Part shown: positions 10,585 to 19,278 of the stretch, piece by piece
Numbering within the stretch: position 1 is the first letter of the stretch
Layout: each line of letters starts with the position of its first letter
Assembly (NCBI GenBank): GCA_963778845.1
Contig: CAVZVW010000009.1
Coordinates: forward strand, 1,702,206 to 1,742,205
Direction of reading: 5' to 3'
Source: an uncultured Actinomycetota bacterium
Lineage (GTDB): Bacteria; Actinomycetota; Actinomycetes; Actinomycetales; Kineosporiaceae
DNA length: 40,000 bases
Translations under genes and position numbers: made by a program
The notes under the pieces: model-generated
Database searches by the model: none
Seen by the model: the letters and a program-made list of their open reading frames with translations, nothing else
What the model was told of the DNA's origin: nothing

Positions 10585-10851
10585 TCACGACCCCGAGGTT
10601 GTGGCCTGCGAGGCCCCCGAGCCGGTCGCGAGCTGGGGCGACGTCGCGCTGCTCGTGGAGCCGGACGTCGAACCCGACGTCGTGCTCGACGTCGCCGAGC
10701 TGGAGCTGCCGGACATCGAGGCCGCCGTGGTCGCGGAGTGCCCGGCCGCGTACGCCATCCCCCCGGCGGCCGCCGTCCCGGCGACGGCGGCGGCGACGAG
10801 CCCGGCGGTCAGCCCGGCGATGCGACGCCTGCCCCGTTCGCGGCTGTTCAT
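10585..10851 (-). CDS. Small secreted Ser/Thr-rich protein with a twin-arginine-like signal peptide
   Basis: 88 aa: MNSRERGRRRIAGLTAGLVAAAVAGTAAAGGMAYAAG, followed by a roughly 50-aa S/T/G/A tract ending ...LATGSGASQATTSGS. Third codon positions are almost all G/C, consistent with real coding. It is the first gene of the apbE operon. Its stop lies 4 nt before the apbE GTG. Confidence 0.6.
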   Translation of the reverse strand: MNSRERGRRRIAGLTAGLVAAAVAGTAAAGGMAYAAGHSATTAASMSGSSSSATSSTTSGSTSGSTSSATSPQLATGSGASQATTSGS

Positions 10852-10948
10852 GGTGGTCCTCGCTCTCCTCGGCCCGGCCCCGGCCGGTGGCGACCGGAGG
10901 CTGCGGGTGGTGGTGATGACGACAGTGCCCGGCTCCCCGGTGGCCGCC

Positions 10949-10981
10949 CTGTGCTGTCTCTGTGGTTCGGCTGTGCCTGTG
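10949..10981. promoter_or_regulatory. Candidate response-regulator operator: CTGTG direct repeats at 11-bp phasing
   Basis: CTGTG starts at 10949, 10960 and 10971 (exact 11-bp spacing), plus 10977. The site is in the divergent region between the redox operon (start 10851) and the response regulator (start 11059/11068). Confidence 0.35.
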
Positions 10982-11058
10982 TCGGCGTCTGGTCCCCGCC
11001 AGATCGCACAGCCGGCTCACAGGAAGTGCTCGGACCCTGCCCAGTGGCCCACCGGAGC

Positions 11059-11865
11059 ATGAGGGGCATGACCACCACCAGCAGCGGCCGCTCCGCCACC
11101 TCACCAGGCGCGGGCGCCACCACGGCCGAGACCGCCCGCAAAGCCGCCTCCCGCACACCGCTGCGGCACCTCGACGGCACCCCCATCCGCGTGCTCGTGG
11201 TCGACGACGAGCCCAACCTCACCGAGCTGATGTCGATGGCCCTGCGCTACGAGGGCTGGGACGTCCGGACCGCGGCCGACGGCCGCACCGCGCTGCGGGT
11301 GGCCAAGGAGCACCGCCCGGACGTCGTCGTCCTCGACCGCATGCTTCCCGACGGTGACGGCCTCGACGTGCTGCGCCGCCTGCGGGCCCAGCAGGACGGC
11401 GTCCCCGTGCTCTTCCTCACGGCACGCGACGGCGTCGAGGACCGGGTCGCCGGCCTCACTGCAGGCGGCGACGACTACGTGGTCAAGCCGTTCAGCCTCG
11501 AAGAGGTCGTGGCGCGGCTGCGCGGCCTGGTGCGGCGCAACAGCCTTCTCGACGAGGCGTCGGATGCGGTGTTGACAGTCGGTGACCTGATGCTCGACGA
11601 GGACAGCCACGAGGTACGCCGGGCCGGCGTCTCGATCGCGCTCACAGCGACGGAGTTCGAGCTGTTGCGCTTCCTCATGCGCAACCCGCGGCGCGTGCTC
11701 AGCAAGGCTCAGATCCTCGACCGGGTCTGGAACTACGACTTCGGCGGCCAGGGCAACGTCGTCGAGCTGTACATCTCCTACCTGCGCAAGAAGATCGACG
11801 CCGGGAACGCGGCGATGATCCACACCGTGCGGGGTGTCGGGTATGTGCTGAAGCCGGCGAGCTGA
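11059..11865 (+). CDS. OmpR/PhoB-family response regulator
   Basis: Receiver domain RVLVVDDEPNLTELM...VVVLDRMLPDGDG...KPF, then a winged-helix output domain ...LTATEFELLRFLMRNPRRVLSKAQILDRVWNYDF...IHTVRGVGYVLK. An alternative start at ATG 11068 has GGAG 10 nt upstream. Confidence 0.88.
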   Translation: MRGMTTTSSGRSATSPGAGATTAETARKAASRTPLRHLDGTPIRVLVVDDEPNLTELMSMALRYEGWDVRTAADGRTALRVAKEHRPDVVVLDRMLPDGDGLDVLRRLRAQQDGVPVLFLTARDGVEDRVAGLTAGGDDYVVKPFSLEEVVARLRGLVRRNSLLDEASDAVLTVGDLMLDEDSHEVRRAGVSIALTATEFELLRFLMRNPRRVLSKAQILDRVWNYDFGGQGNVVELYISYLRKKIDAGNAAMIHTVRGVGYVLKPAS

Positions 11866-11948
11866 ACCCGGTCTGCTGAACCTTGACACCCCTGACCGTC
11901 GAGCACCCGACTCCCACGCGGACCACCGACCAAGCCCCGGAGGGGACC

Positions 11949-13580
11949 ATGAACGCTCGCTCACAGCGGTGGCGGCCCGGCCGCTGGCCGCTGCGCGTGC
12001 GGCTCGTGGTCGCGATGGTCGCGCTGCTGGCCGCGGTCAGCGGCGTCGTCGGCGTCGTCAGCGTCCTCGCCCTCGACCGCTTCCTGACCGACCGGCTGGA
12101 CGTCCAGCTGGCGCAGGCGCTCGACCGGTCGCGGCACGCCGACGGCCAGCCCCACGCTCCCGACAGCCGGGCTCAGCCCGGCGGGGTCCTGCAGCAGCCC
12201 GGCGGCGCCCCTCAGCGGCCCGACGGCCTCGCGCCGTCACCCGACGGTGACGGGCACGCCCCCGCGGGCCCGGACTTCCTGCTGGCGCCCGGGCAGGGTC
12301 AGGGAACCGTCGGGCTGCTGCTCGAGAACGGCCGCGTCACCGCGGCCGGTGTGCTCGACGGAACCGGACAGACGCAACCGCTCACGGCTTACCAGATGGC
12401 GGCCCTTGCCGCGCTGTCCACGTCGGGCCGCCCTGAGACCGTGGATCTCGGGCCTGGCCTCGGCCGGTACCGCGTCTTGGCCGCGGCTGTCGGTGACGGC
12501 CGCGTGCTGGTGACGGGCCTGCCGCTGCACGACGTGACCGCGACGGTCGTCCGGCTCGCGGTCGTCATCGCCGGGGTTGCCCTGCTCGGGCTGCTGGCGG
12601 CCGGGTTCGCGGGTTCGCTGATCATCCGGGTCAACCTGCGGCCGCTGCTGCGGATGGCCGCGACGGCGTCCCGGGTCGCCGAGCTGCCGCTGGACCGGGG
12701 AGAGGTCGCGCTGGCGCTGCGCGTCCCCGAGGCCGACACCGACCCTCGGACCGAGGTCGGCCAGGTGGGCGCCGCGCTCAACCGGATGCTGGGGCATGTC
12801 GCCCGTGCGCTCGCCGCCCGCCAGGCCAGCGAGGCACGCGTACGGCGGTTCGTCTCCGACGCCAGCCACGAGCTGCGCACGCCGCTGGCGTCCATCCGCG
12901 GCTATGCCGAGCTCACGCGCCGCGGCGGGGGGGAGGCCGCACCCGTGGTCGCGCACGCCCTCGCCCGGGTGGAGTCCGAGGCGGTGAGGATGTCCGGCCT
13001 CGTCGACGACATGCTTCTGCTGGCTCGCCTCGACGAGGGCCGCCCGCTCGACGCCGACCCCGTCGACCTGACCGCCATGGTGATCGACGCGGTGAGCGAC
13101 GCCCATGCCGCCGCGCCCCGGCACCGGTGGGCGCTGGACGTCCCGGAGGAGCCCGTGGTCGTGTCAGGCGACACCGCCCGGCTGCACCAGGTGGTCGCGA
13201 ACCTCCTCGCCAACGCCCGCGTGCATACCCCCGCCGGCACGACCGTCACCGTGAGCGTGACGGCGGACGGGCGCGAGGGGACCGACACTGGCCCGATGGC
13301 GAGACTTCGGGTCGAGGACGACGGGCCCGGGATCCCGGGCGACCTCGTCGACGACGTCTTCGAGCGCTTCGCCCGCGGCGACGCCTCTCGCGGGCGCTCG
13401 TCCGGCAGCACCGGGCTGGGCCTGGCCATCGTCAATGCCGTCGTGCACGCACATGAGGGGCGCACGGGCGTCACCAGCATTCCCGGGCACACGCGCTTCG
13501 ACGTCCACCTTCCTCTGCTCACACTCGCCGGCCCCACGAGCGACCCCGTTCCGCGAATCCCCGCGGCGTCGGTCGGGTGA
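11949..13580 (+). CDS. HAMP-domain sensor histidine kinase
   Basis: ATG at 11949 follows GGAGGGGA. Two TM segments flank a periplasmic loop of about 150 aa. H-box SHELRTPLASIRGYAEL. ATPase motifs LANARVHTP, DDGPGIP, GSTGLGLAIV. Confidence 0.88.
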   Translation: MNARSQRWRPGRWPLRVRLVVAMVALLAAVSGVVGVVSVLALDRFLTDRLDVQLAQALDRSRHADGQPHAPDSRAQPGGVLQQPGGAPQRPDGLAPSPDGDGHAPAGPDFLLAPGQGQGTVGLLLENGRVTAAGVLDGTGQTQPLTAYQMAALAALSTSGRPETVDLGPGLGRYRVLAAAVGDGRVLVTGLPLHDVTATVVRLAVVIAGVALLGLLAAGFAGSLIIRVNLRPLLRMAATASRVAELPLDRGEVALALRVPEADTDPRTEVGQVGAALNRMLGHVARALAARQASEARVRRFVSDASHELRTPLASIRGYAELTRRGGGEAAPVVAHALARVESEAVRMSGLVDDMLLLARLDEGRPLDADPVDLTAMVIDAVSDAHAAAPRHRWALDVPEEPVVVSGDTARLHQVVANLLANARVHTPAGTTVTVSVTADGREGTDTGPMARLRVEDDGPGIPGDLVDDVFERFARGDASRGRSSGSTGLGLAIVNAVVHAHEGRTGVTSIPGHTRFDVHLPLLTLAGPTSDPVPRIPAASVG

Positions 13581-13911
13581 CGTCGCGACGCGGGCGCGGA
13601 ATTGGACCCCTTGAGGCATTCATTGGCCTTTGTCGCAGATATTCTTGATCGACGCCGACCGCGGTCGCAGGCTCGCCCGGAATCGGCCCGTCAGGGAGCA
13701 ATCCGTGATCGGCATAGCCGGCACGGCGCTATTCCGTGGTCGGCGTTCGCGGCACACCGTGTGCGCCGCAGCCACGCCAGTACAGCCAGAGCACCGGCGC
13801 ACGGGCAAGCATGGGGGTTAGGGTGTCCTCGCACGTGACCTGGATCACCCCGGCGGGGTGTCGGCCCGGCGTTCCCGCACTGCCCCTACGTCCACCTCGC
13901 AGGAGCCGAAG

Positions 13912-15462
13912 ATGTCTCACCGTAGCCCGCTCCCCGATGTCGAGATCCCCGATACCGCGCTCACGCCCTTCGTCCTGCGTCGGGCTGCCGAGCTCGCCGA
14001 CAAGCCCGCACTCATCGACGCACCGACCGGGCGCACCCTGACGTACGGCCAGCTCGACGGCGCGGTCCGGATGCTGGCCGGCGGCCTCGTCGCGCGCGGT
14101 TTCGCCCGAGGCCAGGTACTCGCCCTGATGGCTCCGAACCTGCCCGAGTACGCCGTGGTCTTCCACGGCGTGGCGATGGCGGGTGGGATCGTCACGACGA
14201 TCAACCCGACCTACACCGCCCGCGAGGTCCACCATCAGCTGGTCGACGCGGGCGCCACGATCATCGTGACCGTCCCGCTGTTCGTGCAGACGGCCCGCGA
14301 GGCGATGGAGCAGACCGCGGTCACGGAGCTCTTCGTCATGGGCGAGGCCGACGGCGAGCGGCCGCTGACGGCGCTCTTCGGCGCGCCGTTGGCCGAGCAG
14401 GTGCCGGTCGTTCCGGCAGAGGACCTTGTCGTGCTGCCGTACTCGTCGGGCACGACGGGCCTGTCGAAGGGTGTGATGCTCACGCACACCAACCTCGTGG
14501 CCAACATCTGCCAGGTCCTCTCCTCGGCAGACGTCCGCGAGGACGAGAGGTTCGTTGCCGTGCTCCCGTTCTTCCACATCTATGGCATGCAGGTGCTGAT
14601 GAACACCGGGCTCGCCGCGGGTGCCACAGTCGTGACGCTGCCGAGGTTCGACCTCGCGCAGTTCCTCGACGCCCACCAGAAGTACGGGATCACGCGCTCG
14701 TTCGTGGCACCACCGATCGTGGTCGCCCTCGCCAAGCACCCCATGGTCGACGGGTACGACCTCTCCACGCTGGAGCAGATCTTCTCCGGTGCCGCACCCC
14801 TGTCGGCGGAGCTCGCGCTGGAGGCCGGGGCACGCCTGGGCTGCGAGGTCGTCCAGGGCTACGGGATGACCGAGATGTCACCGGTCTCGCACCTCACCCC
14901 TCCGGGGGCGTTCAAGCCCGGGTCGGTGGGGGTGACGGCGCCCAACACCGAGCTCGACATCGTCGACCCGGCCTCCGGGCAGTCGCAGCCGGTGGGTGCG
15001 AACGGCGAGCTGTGGGTGCGCGGCCCGCAAGTGATGAAGGGCTACCTCAACAACCCCGTCGCGACGGCGCTGACGATCGACGAGCAGGGCTGGCTGCACA
15101 CCGGCGACATCGGCCACGTCGACGAGGACGGCCACGTCTTCATCGTCGACAGGCTCAAGGAGCTCATCAAGTACAAGGCCTTCCAGGTTCCCCCGGCCGA
15201 GCTCGAGGCGCTCCTGCTCACGCACCCTGCGGTGGCCGACGTCGCCGTCGTCGGTCTTCCCGACGACGAGGCGGGCGAGATTCCCGCGGCGTTCGTGGTG
15301 CTGCGGCCGGGCGCCACGGCCACCGAGGCCGACCTGACGGAGTTCGTCGCCGGCCAGGTCGCGCACTACAAGCAGATCCGCAGGCTCACGTTCATCGACG
15401 CGGTGCCGAAGTCGGCCTCGGGCAAGATCCTTCGTCGCGTGTTGCGCGAGACTCCCGTCTGA
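13912..15462 (+). CDS. AMP-dependent acyl/aryl-CoA ligase (4-coumarate-CoA ligase-like)
   Basis: ATG at 13912 is preceded by AGGAG. AMP-binding motif LPYSSGTTGLSKGV, plus ...GYGMTE..., GWLHTGDIG and C-terminal PKSASGKILRR. Confidence 0.85.
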   Translation: MSHRSPLPDVEIPDTALTPFVLRRAAELADKPALIDAPTGRTLTYGQLDGAVRMLAGGLVARGFARGQVLALMAPNLPEYAVVFHGVAMAGGIVTTINPTYTAREVHHQLVDAGATIIVTVPLFVQTAREAMEQTAVTELFVMGEADGERPLTALFGAPLAEQVPVVPAEDLVVLPYSSGTTGLSKGVMLTHTNLVANICQVLSSADVREDERFVAVLPFFHIYGMQVLMNTGLAAGATVVTLPRFDLAQFLDAHQKYGITRSFVAPPIVVALAKHPMVDGYDLSTLEQIFSGAAPLSAELALEAGARLGCEVVQGYGMTEMSPVSHLTPPGAFKPGSVGVTAPNTELDIVDPASGQSQPVGANGELWVRGPQVMKGYLNNPVATALTIDEQGWLHTGDIGHVDEDGHVFIVDRLKELIKYKAFQVPPAELEALLLTHPAVADVAVVGLPDDEAGEIPAAFVVLRPGATATEADLTEFVAGQVAHYKQIRRLTFIDAVPKSASGKILRRVLRETPV

Positions 15463-15513
15463 GGCGCTGCGGACACGTGCCGTGCGCCTCGCCGCGTCGG
15501 CCGCGGGCGTGGC

Positions 15514-15551
15514 GACGGGCGGTGACCCTGGCCTGGCCGTCACCGCCCGTC
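15514..15551. terminator. 13-bp perfect stem-loop between convergent CoA ligase and lsr2
   Basis: GACGGGCGGTGAC-cctggcctggcc-GTCACCGCCCGTC. It lies in the 175-bp convergent spacer. Confidence 0.45.
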
Positions 15552-15637
15552 GCAGAGACCCCGGTGGCAGAAGTCCCCGCGGGTCGTGCACAGGAGCACC
15601 TCGTCCCGGGTGATGCCCCTGCCGGTTCCTCGTATGG

Positions 15638-15976
15638 TCAGTGCGCGGCGTCGTAAGCCGCGAGGACCTCGCCGGAGACGCGGCCCCGGTCGCTGACCTG
15701 GTAGCCGCTGTCGCGCGCCCAGGAACGGACGTCGCCCAGGTCGGGCTTGCCGGCGGGGCGTGACCGAGCCGGGGCGGCGGCACGAGCGCGGGTGGAGCGA
15801 CCGCCCACCCGGCGGGCGTGCCCCAGCCATGGCGCGACGGCGTCGCGCAGCGCCTCGGCATTGTCTGCGGACAGGTCTATCTCGTAGCTGACCCCGTCGA
15901 GTGCGAAGGAGACGGTCTCCTCGGCCTCGCCTCCGTCGACGTCGTCGACAAGAATGACCTGGACCTTCTGGGCCAT
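15638..15976 (-). CDS. lsr2: Nucleoid-associated protein Lsr2
   Basis: 112 aa: MAQKVQVILVDDVDGGEAEETVSFALDGVSYEIDLSADNAEALRDAVAPWLGHARRV...VRSWARDSGYQVSDRGRVSGEVLAAYDAA. GGAG upstream of the ATG. Confidence 0.92.
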   Translation of the reverse strand: MAQKVQVILVDDVDGGEAEETVSFALDGVSYEIDLSADNAEALRDAVAPWLGHARRVGGRSTRARAAAPARSRPAGKPDLGDVRSWARDSGYQVSDRGRVSGEVLAAYDAAH

Positions 15977-16062
15977 CAAATGCTCCATTTCGCTGGTACG
16001 GATTATCGCCAGATCATCTCCCCAGGCCCAGGGCAATGTCAAAGCGCCACGCCTTCGGCGCA

Positions 16063-16089
16063 CAGTTCGGCGGAATATCCGCCGAACTG
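16063..16089. promoter_or_regulatory. Perfect 12-bp inverted repeat with a 3-nt loop (CAGTTCGGCGGA-ata-TCCGCCGAACTG)
   Basis: Lies 87 bp upstream of the lsr2 ATG and 39 bp downstream of the stop of the small ORF 16128..16337. It could be a terminator for the lysS transcript or an operator in the lsr2 promoter. Confidence 0.4.
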
Positions 16090-16127
16090 GGTGACGAACC
16101 GTGCACGACGATGCCCGGAATATCGCA

Positions 16128-16337
16128 TCAGGTGGGCGGGGGCGCCTCTTCCGCCGCCCCGCGTTCTGCGGCCTCGGGCGACTTCTGCGGCTGTTCGGTG
16201 CGCGTCATTTCCGCGTCGCGGTTCAAGCGGGCCTGGGCGATCCGTTCCCTTCGGTCGGCCTCGACCATGCCCTTGATCCCCAGATAGAAAAGAAACAGCA
16301 CCCCCGCCGACGGCGCTATGGCGACGAGGAAGCCCAC
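16128..16337 (-). CDS. Hypothetical small single-pass membrane protein
   Basis: GTG at 16337. 69 aa: VGFLVAIAPSAGVLFLFYLGIKGMVEADRRERIAQARLNRDAEMTRTEQPQKSPEAAERGAAEEAPPPT. One hydrophobic helix followed by a charged tail. Mostly G/C at third codon positions. Confidence 0.4.
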   Translation of the reverse strand: MGFLVAIAPSAGVLFLFYLGIKGMVEADRRERIAQARLNRDAEMTRTEQPQKSPEAAERGAAEEAPPPT

Positions 16338-16360
16338 CCGCCCAGGGTACGGCCCTTCTG

Positions 16361-16434
16361 CCGACCCCGATGGAGCCGACCCCGATGGAGCCGACCCCAG
16401 TGGAGCCGACCCCAGTGGAGCCGACCCCGATGGA
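16361..16434. repeat. 15-bp tandem repeat, 4.9 copies (CCGACCCCGATGGAG / CCGACCCCAGTGGAG)
   Basis: Units start at 16361, 16376, 16391, 16406 and 16421 (two GAT variants, two AGT variants, one partial). Intergenic, between the lysS stop (16451) and the small ORF start (16337). Confidence 0.9.
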
Positions 16435-16450
16435 AGGGGCAGGGTCTGGG

Positions 16451-18004
16451 CTACTCCGGCTTCACCAGCGGGAACAGGATGGTCTCGCGGATCCCCAGGC
16501 CGGTCAGCGCCATCAGCAGCCGGTCCAGCCCCATGCCCATGCCGCCCGAGGGTGGCATGCCGTACTCCATGGCCCGCAGGAAGTCCTCGTCGAGCCGCAT
16601 TGCCTCGGCATCCCCCTTGGCGGCCAGCCGGGCCTGAGCCAGGAACCGGTCCCGCTGCACAACCGGGTCCACGAGCTCGGAGTACGCGGTCGCGAGCTCG
16701 AAGGAACGCACGTAGAGGTCCCACTTCTCGGCCAGCCCCGCAGTCTTGCGGTGCTGGCGGGTGAGGGGGGCGGTCTCCTCGGGGTAGTCCCGCACGAAGG
16801 TCGGCGCATGGAGCCCGGGAACCACGAGGTGCTCGAAGAGCTCCTCTGCGAGCTTGCCCGGGCCGTAGTGGGCGAGCACGGGGACGCCGATCCGCTCGGC
16901 GATGGCGACCAGGCGGGCCATGGGTGTGCGGACATCGACCACCTCCCCGAGCGCCGCCGACAGCGACCCGAACAGGGTGACCTCGGTCCACTGCCCGCTC
17001 AGGTCGTACTCCTCACCGTCGACCAGGCGTACCACCGTCGAGCCGTGGACGAGGGTCGCGGCCTCCTGCACCAGCTCACGGGTCAGCGTGGCCATCGTGT
17101 CGTATGACCCATACGCCTCGTACGTCTCGATCATCGCGAACTCGGGCGAGTGCGAGGAGTCCGCACCTTCGTTCCGGAAGTTGCGGTTGATCTCGAAGAC
17201 CTTGTCCATACCGCCGACCACGCAGCGCTTGAGGAACAGCTCCGGGGCGATGCGCAGGTACACGTCGATGTCGAAGGCGTTCATGTGCGTCTGGAAGGGT
17301 CGGGCGGCAGCCCCGCCGTGCAGCACCTGCAGCATGGGCGTCTCCACCTCGACGAACCCGCGTCCGTGGAACGAGTCGCGCAGCGAGCGGACGACGCCCG
17401 CTCGCATCCGAGCGACGTCGCGGGCTGCGGGACGCACGATGAGATCCACATAGCGCTGCCGGACGCGCGACTCCTCCGACATCTCCTTGTGCAGCACGGG
17501 CAGCGGCCGCAGTGCCTTGGCCGCCATTCGCCAGTCGTCGGCCATCACGGACAGCTCGCCACGTCTGCTCGCCACCACCTCGCCATGGACGAAGACGTGG
17601 TCGCCGAGATCCACGTCGGCCTTCCAGGCCACGAGGGACTGCTCGCCGACGCCGGCGAGGGACACCATCACCTGCAGGCGGGTCCCGTCCCCCTCCTGCA
17701 GCGTGGCGAAGCACAGCCTCCCCGTCGTGCGTGCGAACACGACGCGCCCGGCGACGCCGACGACGTCCCCGCTGCCCGCGCCCGGCTCGAGGTCGGGATG
17801 GAGTGCTCGCACCTGGGCGAGCGTGTGCGTGCGGTCGACGGCCACGGGGTAGGGCTGGCGACCGGCGGCCAGCAGCCGCTCCCGCTTCTCGTGCCTGACC
17901 CTCATCTGCTCCGGCAGGTCCGACGCGTCCTCGGTATCGGGGTCGGTGTCGGCGGGCGAGCCCGTGGAGGGCGCGGCCGGGCGCGAGGCGGGGAGGTCGG
18001 TCAC
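16451..18004 (-). CDS. lysS: Lysine--tRNA ligase (class II)
   Basis: ...RQRYVDLIV..., [21 protein letters not shown], ...[26 protein letters not shown] at 18004 is chosen because the third-position G/C bias starts there. The track ORF extends to 18172. Confidence 0.9.
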   Translation of the reverse strand: MTDLPASRPAAPSTGSPADTDPDTEDASDLPEQMRVRHEKRERLLAAGRQPYPVAVDRTHTLAQVRALHPDLEPGAGSGDVVGVAGRVVFARTTGRLCFATLQEGDGTRLQVMVSLAGVGEQSLVAWKADVDLGDHVFVHGEVVASRRGELSVMADDWRMAAKALRPLPVLHKEMSEESRVRQRYVDLIVRPAARDVARMRAGVVRSLRDSFHGRGFVEVETPMLQVLHGGAAARPFQTHMNAFDIDVYLRIAPELFLKRCVVGGMDKVFEINRNFRNEGADSSHSPEFAMIETYEAYGSYDTMATLTRELVQEAATLVHGSTVVRLVDGEEYDLSGQWTEVTLFGSLSAALGEVVDVRTPMARLVAIAERIGVPVLAHYGPGKLAEELFEHLVVPGLHAPTFVRDYPEETAPLTRQHRKTAGLAEKWDLYVRSFELATAYSELVDPVVQRDRFLAQARLAAKGDAEAMRLDEDFLRAMEYGMPPSGGMGMGLDRLLMALTGLGIRETILFPLVKPE

Positions 18005-18222
18005 GAAGGCCAAGGCTATCTCCGGCGGCGCTTCGGGTCCTCGCCGCCGACCCGCCTGCAAGCGGGAGGGTGCCACCCGGGCGACGTCCACCGGGTTTCG
18101 ATCCGGTCGATCCGTGGCAAACACAGTCAGTAGCCCACCGAGCACGCGCCGACCCTGAGGTAGGCATGTCACCCTCCCGGCGTCGCCGTCGCCGGGCGAG
18201 CCCCGAATGGGAGGGCCGCCCG

Positions 18223-19278
18223 GTGATCACCGTTGCGACTCTTCCCGGCCGCGGGCTCTATGCGCGCCACCTGGGGCACCCGGAAGGCGTGGACGGCGTC
18301 CACCGCCCGACCATCACCCCGACGCCCGCCCCGGGGGCCGCACCACCCGCCTTCGACCGGCGGTGGCTGACCGCGAACATGGGGATCGTCGACGTGGTGC
18401 ACGTCCACGGGGTTCCAGCGCGACAACGCCCGGCCGACGTCGAGGCGGCCGTCGACGTCGTGCGGGCGGCGGGCAGGCCCCTGGTCGTGACGGCCTACCA
18501 CCTCAGCGACCCGACGGGGGAGGACGACGAGCGGCACCTCGCGCAGATCGGCCACCTGGTGCAACGGGCCGACGCGGTCATCACGCTCACGCAGTCAGCG
18601 GCCACCGAGCTGTCGCAACGGTGGGGGGTCGACCCGCTCGTAGTGCCGCACCCGCACGTCGTCGACTTCGTCCGGATGCGCCGGCAGCGCCCGTGCGTGC
18701 GGCGCGGCCCGTTTGTCGTGGGCACGCACCTGGGAGCGCTTCGAACCCCGCTCGACCCCGTGGCCCTGGTGAGCAGCCTCGCCGACGCCGTGCGCCGGAT
18801 GTCCGGTGCGGTGCTCTCGGTGCAGGTGAACGAGAACGTCCTCGACCCGGGCTCGTCCAGCTACGACCCGCGCACCGTGTCGCAGCTGCAGCGCATCGCG
18901 GCCACCGTCGGGGGTCGCCTGCACACGCGGCCGCGGTTGAGCGAGCCCGACCTCTGGGACCACATCTTCGGCGTCGACGTATGTGTGCTCCCCGGGCTGC
19001 ACGGGTCGCACTCGGTGTGGCCCGAGGCGTGCTTCGACCTCGGCACGCAGTCCCTGGTGCCCTCCGGGACCCATGCCGCCAACCAGCGACCGTGCCTGGT
19101 GTTCGACTGCCGGGACGGCGCCGCGGACCCCGCGTCGCTGGCCGCAGCGCTGGAGGCGAGCCAGGAGCACGGCAGTGTCTGGCGTGCGGATCCCGGTGAG
19201 CGGTGGAAGGAGCGCGTAGCGGTCTCGGAGTCGCTGCGCGGGGTCTACGAGCGCGTCTGCGGGCTCGACCGGGTCTGA
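18223..19278 (+). CDS. Hypothetical protein, possibly glycosyltransferase-like
   Basis: Strong third-position G/C bias. GTG at 18223 has GGAGG 8 nt upstream; an alternative ATG is at 18166. VITVATLPG...DVVHVHG...PLVVTAYHL...[15 protein letters not shown] resembles a GT-B N-terminal half, but the functional assignment is weak. Confidence 0.6.
   Translation: MITVATLPGRGLYARHLGHPEGVDGVHRPTITPTPAPGAAPPAFDRRWLTANMGIVDVVHVHGVPARQRPADVEAAVDVVRAAGRPLVVTAYHLSDPTGEDDERHLAQIGHLVQRADAVITLTQSAATELSQRWGVDPLVVPHPHVVDFVRMRRQRPCVRRGPFVVGTHLGALRTPLDPVALVSSLADAVRRMSGAVLSVQVNENVLDPGSSSYDPRTVSQLQRIAATVGGRLHTRPRLSEPDLWDHIFGVDVCVLPGLHGSHSVWPEACFDLGTQSLVPSGTHAANQRPCLVFDCRDGAADPASLAAALEASQEHGSVWRADPGERWKERVAVSESLRGVYERVCGLDRV

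Noticed and set aside
10578-10590. Whether the 88-aa signal-peptide ORF and apbE are one gene split by a frameshift. That would give ApbE its missing export signal.
   Set aside because: The junction (tcg TGA ggac GTG) looks like a normal operon stop/start with an SD-like GAGGA. Both ORFs have good codon bias in their own frames. It cannot be excluded without orthologue comparison.
13581-13911. The 330-bp intergenic region upstream of the CoA ligase, with a lower-GC patch (13595-13650), a 12-bp palindrome CGACCGCGGTCG (13656-13667) and short ORFs (63-78 aa).
   Set aside because: The short ORFs have no coding bias or motifs. The palindrome is short and GC-rich, so it is likely chance. I treat the region as an ordinary promoter or junction region.
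16361-16434. Whether the 15-bp repeat arrays (here and at 7598-7657) are CRISPR arrays.
   Set aside because: The repeats are directly tandem with no spacers, the units are only 15 bp, and there are no cas genes.
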